64,000 bases of DNA from NCBI RefSeq assembly GCF_006345805.1, contig NC_043023.1:2728001-2792000 (forward strand), written 5' to 3'. Both the position numbers and the translations under genes were made by a program. The DNA is from Octopus sinensis. Taxonomy: Eukaryota. Numbering within the stretch: the first letter of the stretch is position 1; the number at the start of each line of letters is the position of its first letter. Under the pieces are notes generated by a model. That model was not told the origin of the DNA. It saw only the letters and a list, made by a program, of their open reading frames with translations, and did not search any database. Shown one piece after another: positions 1-12,945 of this stretch.

Positions 1-4
1 TATA

Positions 5-60
<56 letters not shown>

Positions 61-690
61 GTATGTATTAGTGTATGTATATACCTATATGTAAGTGTGT
101 GTGTGTGTGCATATCAGCCACTATGTATGAGTGTATATATATATATATATATCTACATGTGTAGGTATGAGTATATATATATATATATGTATGTATGTAT
201 GTATTAGTGTATATATATACCTATATGTAAGTGTGTTTGTGTAAAGGACGAACATGTGCACACACAAGCACATAGAATTATCACATATACAATATATGCA
301 CACCTGTGTGGTGTGTACGTGTGCAGGTGTGTGTATACATTTTTATACATGCATGTATATATTATATATGTATATGTGTGTTATATCTATATATACATAC
401 ATATATATATATAATATATATTATATATATATATATATATATACATGCACACACTACATACATGTATATATATATAATATATACATGCACACACATACAT
501 ACATGTACAATTATGAATATACACATATACGTACATGTGCATGCACACATGCAGAAATACATACATATATTCATATATACACATATACATACACACACAT
601 TATTGAGACCTAAATGTCAACATCGTATTAACATATACAAAATTGGTACAATTTGATTTGCATACATGAGTATGTATAAGTGTGTATAAA

Positions 691-725
<35 letters not shown>

Positions 726-780
726 ATATATATATATTATATATATATATATATAATATATATTATAATATATGCATCTG
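1..780. repeat. Compound (TA)n/(CA)n/(TG)n microsatellite
   Basis: Directly visible dinucleotide tracts; explains the YI/HT/CV-rich ORFs. Confidence 0.95.
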
Positions 781-2060
781 TAAAGGTGAATATATTCCAA
801 GTTTATAGCAATTATGTTATATAACACAAGTATGGCTTAAGTGAAGAGACACTTAAAGATGGAGAAAAGTTCAATATATATTCAAATAAATACATATATT
901 CTGTTCTTTTTTCCTGGATACAATTCCAGTTTTAAGTTGATATACACTTTCAGACATACAGCTATGTGGTCCCCTCATCAGCGGACGTTAGATTCATATG
1001 CATTATATATGCATGCACAAAGGTGAATATATTCAAGTTTGTAACAATTATATATTTTACAAGGATGTTTAATATGTATTCAAATAAATACATATATGCT
1101 ATTCATTTTTTCTGGATACAATTTTTGTTTTAAGCTGATATACATTTATACATATATGACCACATTGTCCCATCATCAGTGGACATTAGATTCATATGCA
1201 AGGGTGAATATATTCAAGTTTATAACAATTATATATTACACAAGGATGGCTTAAGTGAAAAGACCCTTGAAATTGGAGACATGTTTAATATATATTTAAA
1301 TAAATACATATATGGTGTATATTTCTTTCTGGATAGAATTCTGGTTTTGAGTTGATATACATTTATAGATATATAGCCATGTGGTTCCATCATCAGCGGA
1401 CATCAGATTTGTGTGCATTCTGTATACATATATGTGTGTAAGGGGATCTGTATGTGTGTATATGTATGGCAAAGAGAGAACTAAAGTGAATATATTGAAG
1501 TCTATAGAAATTATATATCCAGTTTATTTTTTCCATGGATATGATGCTAGTTTCAAACAAAAGCAAATTTATACATTTGTAAATATGTGGTCCCCTCATC
1601 AGTAGACATTAGATTTAAATGCATTCTATAAGTGTGCGTGTAAGTGGATCTGTATGTGGGTATGTGTGTATATGTTTGGCATGGAGAAAACTGACTAACT
1701 AACTAGTAAGCTGAGTAAAAATAAATATACTGAAGTTTGGAGCAATTATATATATATTTGGTTTATTTTTCCCTGGATACAATGCAGGCTTCAAGTAAAA
1801 GCAAATTTATACATATGTAAAAATGTGATCCTTTCGTCAGCGGACATGCCAGTGTTTTCTGACTGGCTTCCATGACGGTGACATGTAAAAAGCGCCCACT
1901 ACACTCTTGGAGTGGTTTGCATTAGGAAGGGCAGTTCAATAAATAAATATTCCAAGCAAATATATTTATTCTATAGCTTTTTCCCCAGATGCAATTCAGA
2001 TTTTGAGTGAAAGCATGTTTATACATATATAGTTACAGCAGACATTAGATTCACTTGTAA
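780..2060 (+). repeat. Degenerate tandem array, 5-6 units of ~180-280 bp
   Basis: GTGAATATATT unit starts at 786, 1023, 1204, 1486; a TCRTCAGYRGACRT-type block (often followed by TAGATT) recurs near 976, 1172, 1390, 1595, 1835, with a partial copy near 2035. Confidence 0.8.
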
Positions 2061-2159
2061 GTTTAAAATATTATAGATTTTTGTTACTTTTGTTGAGCAC
2101 TTTGCTAAAGCTTTTACACTGAGAAATATTTTTGTTATATTTGCAAGATGTGATCTGTG

Positions 2160-2227
2160 TGTGTATTCACACCAGCATCCATTGTCAAGCGGTGTTGGGG
2201 GGGGGGGACAACCAGACCCACAAACAT

Positions 2228-2258
<31 letters not shown>

Positions 2259-2430
2259 TACATATATATGATGGGCTTCTTTCAGTTTCCGTCTACCAAA
2301 TCCACTCAAAAGGCATTGGTCGGCCTGAGGCTATAGTAGAAGACACTTGCCCAAGGCGTCATGCAGTGGGACTGAACCCGGAACCATGTGGTTGAGAAGC
2401 AAGCTACTTACTACACAGCCACTCCTGCCT
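2160..2430 (-). mobile_element. Composite tRNA-derived SINE (SINE-A), 5' part
   Basis: Reverse complement of head GGCGCAGGAGTGGCTGTGTGG...GGTTCAGTCCC (A/B-box-like) and body CCTTGGGCAAGTGTCTTC. Confidence 0.85.
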
Positions 2431-2491
2431 GCAACCTATCAAATATATGTTTTATCACTTTCTCTGTACAATGTGTATATGCATATATATA

Positions 2492-2906
2492 GGTGCAAGT
2501 GTGGCTGTGTAGTAAGTAGCTTGCTTCTCAACCACATGGTTCCGGGTTCAGTCCCACTGCATGACACCTTGGGCAAGTGTCTTCTACTATAGCCCCAGGC
2601 CAACCAATGCCTTGTGAGTGGATTTGGTAGACGGAAACTGAAAGAAGCCCATCATATATATGTATGTGTGTGTGTGTGTGTGTATGTATGTATAAGTTTG
2701 TGGGTCTGTTTGTCCCCCCCCCCCAACACCGCTTGACTACGGATGCTGGTATGTTTACGTCCCCGTCAGCATTTCGGCAAGAGAGAGACCGATAGAATAA
2801 GTACTAGGCTTACAAAGAATAAGTCCTGGGGTCGATTTGCTCGACTAAAGGCGATGCTCCAGCATGGCCACAGTCAAATGACTGAAACAACTAAAAGAAT
2901 AAAAGA
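2492..2906 (+). mobile_element. SINE-A, full length
   Basis: tRNA-like head, internal (TA)/(TG) tract, 3' module ending CAGCATGGCCACAGTCAAATGACTGAAACAA. Confidence 0.9.
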
Positions 2907-3397
2907 AAATATATATATATATATATATTTCTGTTGTAGGGAGACTCAGTATGGCCACCAAATGATAGCTAAATTTGCTTTTTCACCACACACATAAACA
3001 TATTTATGTCTCATCTGTTGGGGTATTTCTCATGGTATTCCAAACAGTTATTCAAAAGCTGGGGTCGAGACCTCCAGATTCGACCACCATGTCTCACATC
3101 TGTCATCCACCTATACATCAAATATATGTTTTATCACTTTCTCTATACAAACATCTTTATATAGACTGTCAAATCTTTGTCAATATAAATGTTACGTGGT
3201 GATGGCTGTTAGTTTACTGGTGGTGGTGATGGCGTGGCTAGTGTAGTGGTGGTGGTGGTGGTGTTATTTTCAGGATTTTTTTATTATTTTATTTTTCTTT
3301 TTGGATGTTTTTTTTTTTTGGTGTAGTTTATCTTTCTTTCTCAATCCCTTACTGTTTTTCTGTCGCTTTCTCTTCCTTTGGAGAATGTGTATATACA

Positions 3398-3808
3398 TAC
3401 TCTTTACTCTTTTACTTGTTTCAGTCATTTGACTGTGGCCATGCTGGAGCACCACCTTTAGTCGAGCAACTCGACCCCGGGACTTATTATTTTGTAAGCC
3501 TAGTACTTATTCTATCGGTCTCTTTTGCCGAACTGCTATGTGATGGAGACATAAACACACCAGCATTGGTTGTCAAGCAATGCTAGGGGGACAAACACAG
3601 ACACACAAACATATACACACACGCATATATATATACAGATATACGACAGGCTTCTTCCAGTTTCCGTCTACCAAATCCACTCACAAGGCTTTGGTCGGCT
3701 ATAGTAGAAGGCTATAGTAGAAGACACTTGCCCAAGGTGCCATGCAGTGGGACTGAACCTGGAACCATGTGGTTGGTAAGCAAGTTATCACACAGCCACT
3801 CCTGTGCC
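3398..3808 (-). mobile_element. SINE-A, full length
   Basis: Same modules on minus strand. Confidence 0.9.
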
Positions 3809-3869
3809 TATATATATATTATATATGTATGTATATATAATATATATATATAATATATATACACACACA

Positions 3870-4008
3870 CAAGGGCATCCAGCCGTAGAAACACTGCCAG
3901 ATCTGACTGGGCCTGACGAAGCCTTCCAGCTTCACAGACCCCAGTTGACCCATCCAACCCATGCTAGCATGGAAAGCGGACGCTAACGATGATGATGATG
4001 ATGATGAT
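3870..4008 (+). mobile_element. RTE-tail repeat (SINE-B) 3' end with (GAT)n tail
   Basis: AAGGGCATCCAGCCGTAGAAA...CCATGCTAGCATGGAAAGCGGACG then (GAT)n. Confidence 0.8.
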
Positions 4009-4023
4009 ATGTATATATGTATG

Positions 4024-4067
<44 letters not shown>

Positions 4068-4122
4068 ATATATATATATATAATATAATATATATAAAAA
4101 TATATATATGTATGTGTATATA

Positions 4123-4161
<39 letters not shown>

Positions 4162-4261
4162 GATACATATATATATGTGTGTGTGTATATATATATGTGT
4201 GTATTTGAGTGTGTATATATAGGTGCATGTGTGTATATATATGTATACATATTCAATATGT

Positions 4262-4458
4262 GACCGTGTGTGTATCTTTGGCAATTTTCTTTCTCCGTCT
4301 TCCCTTCCTTGGATCTTTCCTTTTCCTATGTTTCTGATGAAGAGCTCCGCTCGAAACATTAAATCCTCCGTCTTTCTTTCCATTCCTGAGCGTCCAATAA
4401 CACTATACTTGTTCCACGTCCTCGCGTTGTTGTGTTTTCTCTTTGTTCATACTTGGAT

Positions 4459-4465
<7 letters not shown>
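4262..4465 (+). mobile_element. Short HHR-bearing repeat (PLE pLTR-like), same family as 53283-53465
   Basis: GTTT-CTGATGA-A-GAGC-TCC-GCTC-GAAAC-AT-T-AAAT at 4330-4364; ends in (TA)n. Confidence 0.7.
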
Positions 4466-4501
<36 letters not shown>

Positions 4502-4671
4502 GAGAAAAATTAGAGGAATTTTCTACCAGTGGCTAGCATGCATAAAATAGTCTTAACGATGGTTTGGGCTTTGACTGTTCCTTTTAGCATGTATGGTGTC
4601 GTGTTAAGGTCACCTCTTTTGTGTATAGATGTACACTAATTTTATATATATATATATGTATGTATTTATAT

Positions 4672-4880
4672 CTTTTATCTTTTTACTGGCTTCAGTCATT
4701 AAACTGTGGCCATGCTGGAGTAACACCACAAAGGGTTTTAGCCAAACAAGTCAGTACCTATTTTCAAAGTTTTGTACTTGTTTCATTGGTCTCTTTTGCT
4801 GAGCTGCTAAGTTATACATGCATCGACAAAAAACAACACTGGTTCTCAAATGGTAGTAGGGAAATATACAAACATACACA
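4672..4880 (-). mobile_element. SINE-A 3' module, degenerate
   Basis: TCAGTCATTAAACTGTGGCCATGCTGGAG...GCTAAGTTA. Confidence 0.75.
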
Positions 4881-4899
4881 CATACAGGTATATAAATAT

Positions 4900-5180
4900 G
4901 GCCGATGCCAGCGCCACCTAGACTGGCTTCCGTGCCGGTGGCACGTAAAATGCACCAATCCGATCATGGCCGTTGCCAGCCTCGCCTGGCACCTGTGCAG
5001 GTGGCACGTAAAAAGCACCCACTACACTTATGGAGTGGTTGGCGTTAGGAAGGGCATCCAGCTGTAGAAATACTGCCAGATCAGACTGGAGCCTGGTGCA
5101 GCCTTCTGGCTTCCCAGATCCCCCGTCGAACCGTCCAACGCATGCTAGCATGGAGAATGGACATTAAATGATGATGATGA
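4900..5180 (+). mobile_element. SINE-B / RTE 3' UTR
   Basis: GGCACGTAAAA subrepeats, GGAGTGGTTGGCGTTAGGAAGGGCATCC, (GAT)n tail. Confidence 0.8.
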
Positions 5181-5421
5181 TAATGATGATATACATACTC
5201 ACACACATAAATATTATGGGATTCATTCTGTTTCTACCAAACAAATCCACTCATAAGGCTTTGGTCACCTCAGAGTTCTTTGATTCTTTGAATAATTTTT
5301 TAAGAGATATCTTACATGTTTACTTGTACATGTACATTTTTGTAACTCCTATTAGCAAACGAAACATGTGTAACGGTGTATACATAATAATGAAAATCTT
5401 CTCTGATTTCCTGTTTTGATA

Positions 5422-5792
5422 ACTCTTTTACTTGTTTCAGTCTTGTGACTGTGGCCATGATGGAGCACCACCTTTAGTTGAGCACATCAATCCCAGGACT
5501 TATTCTTTGTAAGCCTATTACTTATTCTATCGGTCTCTCTTGCTGAACCGCTGAGTGACAGGGATGTAAACACACCAGCATCGGTTGTCAAGCAATGTTG
5601 GGGGTACGAACACAGATACGCAAACATACACACACACACATATACTACAGGCTTCTTTCAGTTTCCGTCTACCAAATCCACTTGCTCGGTCTGAGGCTAT
5701 AGTAAAAGACACTTGCCCAAGGTGCCATGCAGTGGGACTGAACCCAGAACCATGTGGCTCATGAACAGGGTACTTACCACACAGCCACTCCT
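5422..5792 (-). mobile_element. SINE-A
   Basis: 3' module plus head on minus strand. Confidence 0.85.
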
Positions 5793-5996
5793 ATGGCTAA
5801 TTACTCTGCAAAACCTATTTTCCAGTATTTTTCAGGGCTTATGCATGCCTCATGCAATCATAACGTCTAAATATAATTTTGGAATACTGGAATATGTCGA
5901 TGTGCTTTAAGACGGCATGGCTTGGATTTTCACCCCATCTACACTCTATATGTGTGTGTGTGTGTGTGTGTATGTTTATATGTATACACATGTGCA

Positions 5997-6042
<46 letters not shown>

Positions 6043-6333
6043 GTAATATATACACATATGTATATATATGTATATATATATATTACACACAAATATTTAT
6101 ACTTATGTATATAGTGCTATCATCATTTTAATGTCCGTCGTCCATCCTGGCATGGGTTGGATGGTTTGACTGGGCTGGCATGCTGGAAGTATGCGTCAGG
6201 TGTGTATACATGCATATATATATATGTGTGTGTGTCTGTGTGTGTGTGTGTGTATATATATATATGAATACACATATATATGTATAAACATGTAGACACA
6301 TACACACATATTTATGATTTCTTATTTCATGTC

Positions 6334-6720
6334 AGAGTAGGAGTGGTTGTGTGGTAAGTAGCTTGCTAACCAACCACATAGTTCTTGGTTCAGTCGCACT
6401 GCGTGGCACTTTCGCAAGTATCTTCTACTATAGCTTAGGTCTGACCATAGCTTCGTGAGTGGATTTCGTAGACAGAAACTGAAAGAAGCCCATCGTATAT
6501 ATGTATGTATATATGCATTTGTTTGTCTCCACAACATCGCTTGCCAACAAATGCTGGTGTGTTTACGTCCCCATAACTTAGCGGTTTGGCAAAAGAGACC
6601 GATGGAATAAGTACTAGGCTTACAAAGAATAAGTCCTGCGGTCGATTTGCTTGACTAAAAAGGTGGTGCTCCAGCATGGCCGTAGTCAAATAACTGAAAC
6701 AAGTAAAAGAGTAAAGAGAG
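6334..6720 (+). mobile_element. SINE-A
   Basis: Head, internal (TA)n, 3' module, GTAAAAGAG tail. Confidence 0.85.
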
Positions 6721-7180
6721 AGAGAGAGAGAGGAGAGTCTTGCTTTTGGCTAAAACTGTCAATGGAATTTTGACGGTTTAACTCTTGTCCTTCTAACGTG
6801 TTGACAACCACAGTGATAACGACGGTGACAAAAACTCTTTTACTTTGCATGCAGTGGTTAGTCATTGACAAAGATGATGACAATCGTGGTGGTAGTGGTG
6901 TGGTGGTGGTGGGGTGGTGGGGAATGGTGTGAAGGTTGCATGTGTGAGGTGGATGGGTGTTGTTCATGTGTTAGAAGGAGGTAATTATGTATGTGTGTGT
7001 ATGCATGTATATGTGTGTATGTATGCGTGTATTTATGTGCATGTGTGTGTGTAAGTATGTGTATATGTGTGTGTAGGTGCGCATGCTTATATGTTTGTGT
7101 GAATGTATGTATGCGTATATGTATGTATGTGTGTATGTCTGTGTACATGTATATATATATATATATATAATATATGTATA

Positions 7181-7212
<32 letters not shown>

Positions 7213-8461
7213 AGAAGAATGTTTTTTATATAATGAACGTGAAATACAGGAAGGGACGAACACGGAACACAGACAAATCATTCGAAGCCTTCAATCTTCA
7301 GTCAGACACCGAATCATCATAGCAAATTTCGGCTGTTCAATTCTGATATTTGCTCCAACTTGGCCAGCCCCAAAAAAACTAAGCTGTAAGCATTAGATTT
7401 CTGGTAGAAGACAGGAATGTGAACGCACAAGACGGATGTGAATACAAGAGACGAAAACGAAATTGAAAACAGTAATGAATAAACAAAATATATATAACGG
7501 TGGTTGTCATACGACTTTAGACCAAATGAGACAAAAACAACAACAACATAGCTGGCGTAGAAATAATTACCGTTTCGGTAGCGGAGACACATGTTGGTCG
7601 AGATACGAAGGCACAGAATGGTTTAAGAAGCAGCAGTCGCAGGAGAGAGAGAGAAAGAGAGACAGAGAGAGAGGGAATCAAAGAGGGTGGAAGGCAGGGG
7701 ACAGAATCAGTGACCAAGAGAAAAGGATGTCTGTATAGGTATGCATACTTGTATGTATATGTACACATGTGTGTATATATATGTATGTTTATCTGTATAG
7801 GTATGCATGTTTGTATGTATGTGTACACATGTGTGTATGTATGCATGTATATATGTATATATGTGTGTGTACATGCATATGGAGGTGTGCTTGTATTTAT
7901 GTGTACATTTATTTGTGTGTGTGTATGCATGTATATATATATGTGTGGATATATTTGTGCATATGTGTAAATGTCTGTGTGTACATATGTGTGTATGTAA
8001 ATGAATGTATATATATATATATGTGTGTGTGTGTGTAAGTATATATGTCTGTGCCTATGTATGTATATGTTTGCGTGACTGTGTATGACTGTGTGTGATG
8101 TTGTGTGGGACTGCACACATGCACCACGCAAGCATGTGTGTGTACTTGTGCATTTCAGATGTGGTGGTCATTGCTGTAGTGGAGAGGAGATCGTCTTGGG
8201 TGAACTGTCATTTCTTTCATTTAAAATGCCCCTCAAATGACACATTCATATTTTTGAAGGAGTCTTTGTGTATATATCTCTACACACACCTGTGCGCATA
8301 TATATATATGTGTGCGTGTGTGTGTGTATAGGATTGGTAAAATAAACAGGAAAGATACAGTTTTATACATATGTGGTTATATGCATGTATTGGATATAGG
8401 TAAACATATACACATAGCAATAATAAATCTCTGAACGAAATGTAAACAGTAACTGCACAAC

Positions 8462-8910
8462 AATGTGAGGTATACTAGCCATCTCAATATGGCTAACCAC
8501 TAAGGGTGGGTGTTACTGTAGCTTGTAGCCCCAGGAGAACATCGTCTCCAGCTGGCTTTAGACACACTTTCTGTGCCCTTATGGTATTTGCAAAAACTGT
8601 ATTTGAATACAGTTTTTCGAGATCAGTGACGAAAAGTTACTGGAAAAACCATATAAGGATTTGTATTGGGACTCCCTTCATCGAAAACCGGTGATTGTCG
8701 TACACTGATGACGGGTCAATACCCAGAAACTGCAATCCATGCGTATCACTTAGGTTGACGAGGGAAGGGTGACCTCCCTTTGCAAAAACCATAAGGGCAC
8801 AGAAAGTGTGCCTAAAGCCAGCTGGAGACGATGATCTCCTGGGGCTACAAGCTACAGTAACACCCACCCTTAGTGGTTAGCCATATTGAGATGGCTAGTA
8901 TACATTACAT
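8462..8910 (+). mobile_element. Fold-back element, ~135-bp inverted arms, central HHR-like motif
   Basis: TATACTAGCCATCTCAATATGGCTAACC...TTTGCAAAA mirrored at ~8780-8902; CTGATGA-C-GGGT-CAAT-ACCC-A-GAAAC-TGCA-AT-C at 8705-8737. Confidence 0.75.
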
Positions 8911-9031
8911 TATATACCCATACTTTTAGATTTTAATCACCACAAAGTTCCATGGATGGTAAATGCCATGCACAAGGCATCCTATGTTCTCTTCTGTTTT
9001 TATATACAATATATTGCACCGGTTTACCACT

Positions 9032-9421
9032 CAGGAGTGGCTGTGAGGTAAGTAGCTTGCTAACCAACCACATGGTTCCGGGTTCAGTCCCACTTCGTGG
9101 CATCTTGGGCAAGTGTTTTTTGCTATAGCCTCGGGCCGACCAATGCCTTGTGAGTGGATTTGGTAGATGGAAACTGAAAGAAGCCTGTCGTATATATATG
9201 TGTGTGTATGTTTGTGTATCTGTGTTTGTTCCCCTAGCATTGCTTGACAACCGATGCTGGTGTGTTTATGTCCCCGTCACTTAGCGGTTCGGCAAAAGAG
9301 ACCGATAGAATAAGTACTGGGCTTACTAAGAATAAGTCCAGAGGTCGATTTGCTCGATTAAAGGCGATGCTCCAGCATGGCCGCAGTCAAATGACTGAAA
9401 CAAGTAGAAGAGTAAAGAGTA
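9032..9421 (+). mobile_element. SINE-A, young full-length copy
   Basis: Close to the in-window consensus. Confidence 0.9.
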
Positions 9422-10029
9422 ATACTCTAGGAGCAGGCATGGCTGTGTGGTAAGAAGCTTGCTTCTCAACTACATTTTTCTGAGTTCAGTCCCACTGCGT
9501 GGCACCTTGGGCAAGTGTTTTCCATTCATCAGCGAGGAACAATCCTTTTTGGATTACTTCAGAAATTGGAACGGATTCTGGGATAACTAAAATCTTTATG
9601 AATTTCTGTTAGCTTTCTTTCCTTGTTTCAACATGAGGTGTAATAATCTAAGTGAAAATTATTCTATGTGGTTAGACGATTTTAGCGTCTACTTTTCTGC
9701 AGATTGGAAAAGAAAATTCTTTTCTTGTTGCCCTTATTTCCCACATACCCCACCCCCACCCTCACACCTCACTCCCACATCACTTGACAATTGATGTAGG
9801 TGTGTTCACACCTCCGTAACTTAGCAGTTTGGTAAAAGAGACTGATAGAATAAGTACGAGGCTTGCAAAGTATAAGTCCTGGGGTCGGTTTGTTTGATTA
9901 AAGGCAGTGCTCCAGCATGGCCACAGTCAGATGACTGAAACTAATTTAAAAAATAAAAGAATATATTATATATGTACGTATATATATATATTTGTAAATT
10001 ATATACATGTACCTCTTTATATACATTAT

Positions 10030-10700
10030 ATATATATGTGTGTGTGTGTGTGTGTAGTTTATGTTTGTGTGTTTATATATGTGTGTAGTTTATGTGTGTG
10101 TTTATATATGTGTGGGTGTGTTTGTTTATGTGTGTGTGTGTTTATATATGTGTATGTATTTATATATGTGTGGGTGTGTGTGTTTATGTGTGTGTAGTTG
10201 ATATGTGTGTCTTTATATGTGTGTGTTTATGTGTGTGGCTGTAGTTTATATGTGTGTATCTACATGTGTGTGTGTGTGTTTTTATATATGTGTGTATTTA
10301 TGTGTGTGTGTGTTTTATATGTGTGTGTTTATGTTTGTGGCTGTAGTTTATATGTGTGTGTATTTATATGTGTGTGTGTATGTGTTTATATATGTGTGTG
10401 TGTATTTATGTGTGTGTGTGTTTTATATGTGTGTGTGTTTATGTGTGTGGCTGTAGTTTATATGTGTGTGTATTTATATGTGTGTGTGTGTGTGTGTTTA
10501 TATATGTGTGTGTGTATTTATGTGTGTGTGTGTTTTATATGTGTGTGTGTTTATGTGTGTGGCTGTGTTTTAGTGTTGTTTATTTATATGTGTGTGTGTG
10601 TGTGTGTTTATATATGTGTGTGTGTGTGCGTGTGTAGTTTATATGTGTGTGTGTTTGTGTGTATGTGTGTGTTTTTATATGTGTGTGTGTGCATGTGTGC
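10030..10700. repeat. TG-rich compound microsatellite/minisatellite
   Basis: Repeated GTGTGTTTATAT units. Confidence 0.9.
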
Positions 10701-11227
10701 ATTTGTGTTCCTGCACATATATCTTGTTTGTTAAATACACAAGTGGAGATAGTTTGAGCAGCGTCGTCGATGGTCGGCCAATCAGATTGCCGAAGACAGC
10801 TTGTCAGTTTCCTTGTGTTCAGGGAAGCTATGTTTCAGCTACCACATGCTAAGATTAATGATGTCGATGCAAAGACGCAACACTTTGCAGTAAAAAAAAA
10901 TGAGAGATTTCTTTTTTGTTGCTTTAGTGACAAATGTATAATATTTCTGGAGAAAAAAATATTTATTAGTTATATAAACACTTCTGTATAGTTACTATAC
11001 ACTGGGAGTAAAAAGTAATAGGAATGTTTAGTGAATATTTTATTTTGATTGTGCTGCTGGCCATCATCAGAGAGAAAAATTTAATACATTGAACAAAGTG
11101 ATTTCTGTATGTATTTCAAGACTTCTTGACAAGAGAGGAAGAATCAGTTTCTAACCAAGATTCAAGGTTCCTTCTTTGGAATTTCAACAATATAAACAGG
11201 GTATTTTTGTATGTATATATGTATATG

Positions 11228-11510
11228 TGGAGTCACATGGCCTAGTGGTTAGAGTAGCAGACTTGTGGTTCAGGGATCGCGGGTTTGAATCTCAGACTGG
11301 GCGATGTATATATTTATGAGCGAAACACCTAAGCTCCACGCAGCTCTCGCTGAAGGTAATGGCGAACTTCTCACTCTTTCTTCCTGCATCTTGGAGCTCA
11401 CCTGCGATGGACCAGCGTCCCGTCCAGGTGGGGAACCTATACGCCAAGGAAACCAGGAAACCGGCCCTTATGAGCCAGGTGTGATCCTTCGAGAAGGAAC
11501 AAACAACAAT
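11228..11510 (+). mobile_element. tRNA-derived SINE with V-domain-like core (SINE-C)
   Basis: Head TGGCCTAGTGGTTAGAG...GGTTTGAATC; core CCTGCGATGGACCAGCGTCCCGTCCAGG; tail GGAAACCGGCCCTTATGAGCC. Confidence 0.7.
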
Positions 11511-12119
11511 ATGCATATGGGCAGATTTGTATGTTTTGTTTTATGTATGTGTTCCCATGTATGTAGTTACATCTCTAGACATACTTATATATACTTAAAT
11601 GATAAACTTCTGGAAAGTTTTACAAATTTTTACAGTTCCAGTGATGGCTTGGGTCTCTGTCATTATTCAGTTTTATTTCAAGGTTTTTTTGCCATTAGAG
11701 AAAGAACCGGTTTCTAACCTAGATCCAAGGCTCCTTTATTGGAATTTTAACAACAACGGGATATTTTTGCATGTGTGTGTGTATATGTGAAGTTTTGGGA
11801 GCCAGTGTATGTGTATGTATTCTCATGCATATAGTTGCATGTCTAGTGTTATATCCTTGTGGATAAACGAATACACTGCAATAGTGTAATAACTATTTAA
11901 GCGAAAGAAACAATAGTAACCACATGGAACATAACAACAACCCACCATGCTAACTCCGACTGAAAATTCTGAACTCCTACTTTGAACAATCAACACATGA
12001 ACTGTTGAACTAGCTCGATGATTTTATTCAAACCACAAGGGTTAAACTAAGAGGGGACAATACATGGGACATATGGGGTCAGAGACTTATTGCATAATAT
12101 TACATATATGAATAAATAC

Positions 12120-12257
12120 GATGGTATGTTGCCAACTTAATGTGGCAGTCCCATGAAAGGGAAGAATACTACTGCTATTTAGCCCTAGGAAACACCATTT
12201 CCAGTTGGCATGACACATTTTCATGGGACTGCCACATTAAGTTGGCAACATACCATC
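12120..12257. repeat. Perfect 39-bp inverted repeat, 60-nt spacer
   Basis: GATGGTATGTTGCCAACTTAATGTGGCAGTCCCATGAAA at 12120-12158, exact reverse complement at 12219-12257. Confidence 0.9.
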
Positions 12258-12439
12258 ACTTTATTCTTCTGCTACTGTATAAATCTCTCTGAGAGATTTA
12301 GAAATGTATTATTTCTGTGAATAAATACATTAAAATTTCAGATGATATTGGAAAAATGAATGGCTGTGGAATGGGTTCGACCCCACCAACCACATTCCTG
12401 CATTGAACCATTGACTTCTTTTCCCCTGCTTAATTAGAT

Positions 12440-12945
12440 ACTTACATACCCAACATTCAGGCTACTTCCAGCTTTTTTGGCACTTTTTTGACATGAGGCA
12501 TTTCTTCTCCAGACATGCTTTCCCTCTTAAGTAATATAAAAAGAGGTTAACCAAAGCATGCCTGGAAACGAAGGTGCCTGATGCAATACCTCTTCCACAC
12601 GTCTTCCATTTCACCTCTTTCACTATAGTTATTACAGCTAGAAAGCAGAATTTCTCTTCTCCTTTTAGAGAAGACAGCAGAACAATCTTAATAATCGACT
12701 CAGCTGACAACTGTACTCTCCCCAGCTGTGACAATAATCACTCGGTAGAAACCCACAGGTCCGAGACACTCAGACTCTGTACAACTGCATGCAATACAGT
12801 TTTGTTGCTCTGCCCACAACGTAGGTACGTAGGCAAAACTTTGATGCCATGCCTCACAAATTTATCCTGAATTGGCAAGGCACTTCAGAAGCACAGCCAA
12901 GCCAGGGATCTCTGGAAGTTGTCCATAGGTCCATGAACAACCTCA
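12440..12945 (-). mobile_element. Degraded L1/Tx1-clade LINE ORF2 C-terminus
   Basis: Minus translation NFQRSLAWLCF*SALPIQDKFVRHGIKVLPTYLRCGQSNKTVLHAVVQSLSVSDLW resembles the Cys/His-rich C-terminal domain of L1/Tx1 ORF2p; stops present. Confidence 0.7.

Noticed and set aside
965-1850. CTGATGA on minus in each array unit as hammerheads or C/D snoRNAs
   Set aside because: No GAAAC/GUH partner and no properly placed RUGAUGA...CUGA pair
7244-7620. Possible HHR remnants in a CpG-rich unclassified repeat
   Set aside because: CTGAAGA and GAAACGGTA occur in the wrong order and far apart on minus
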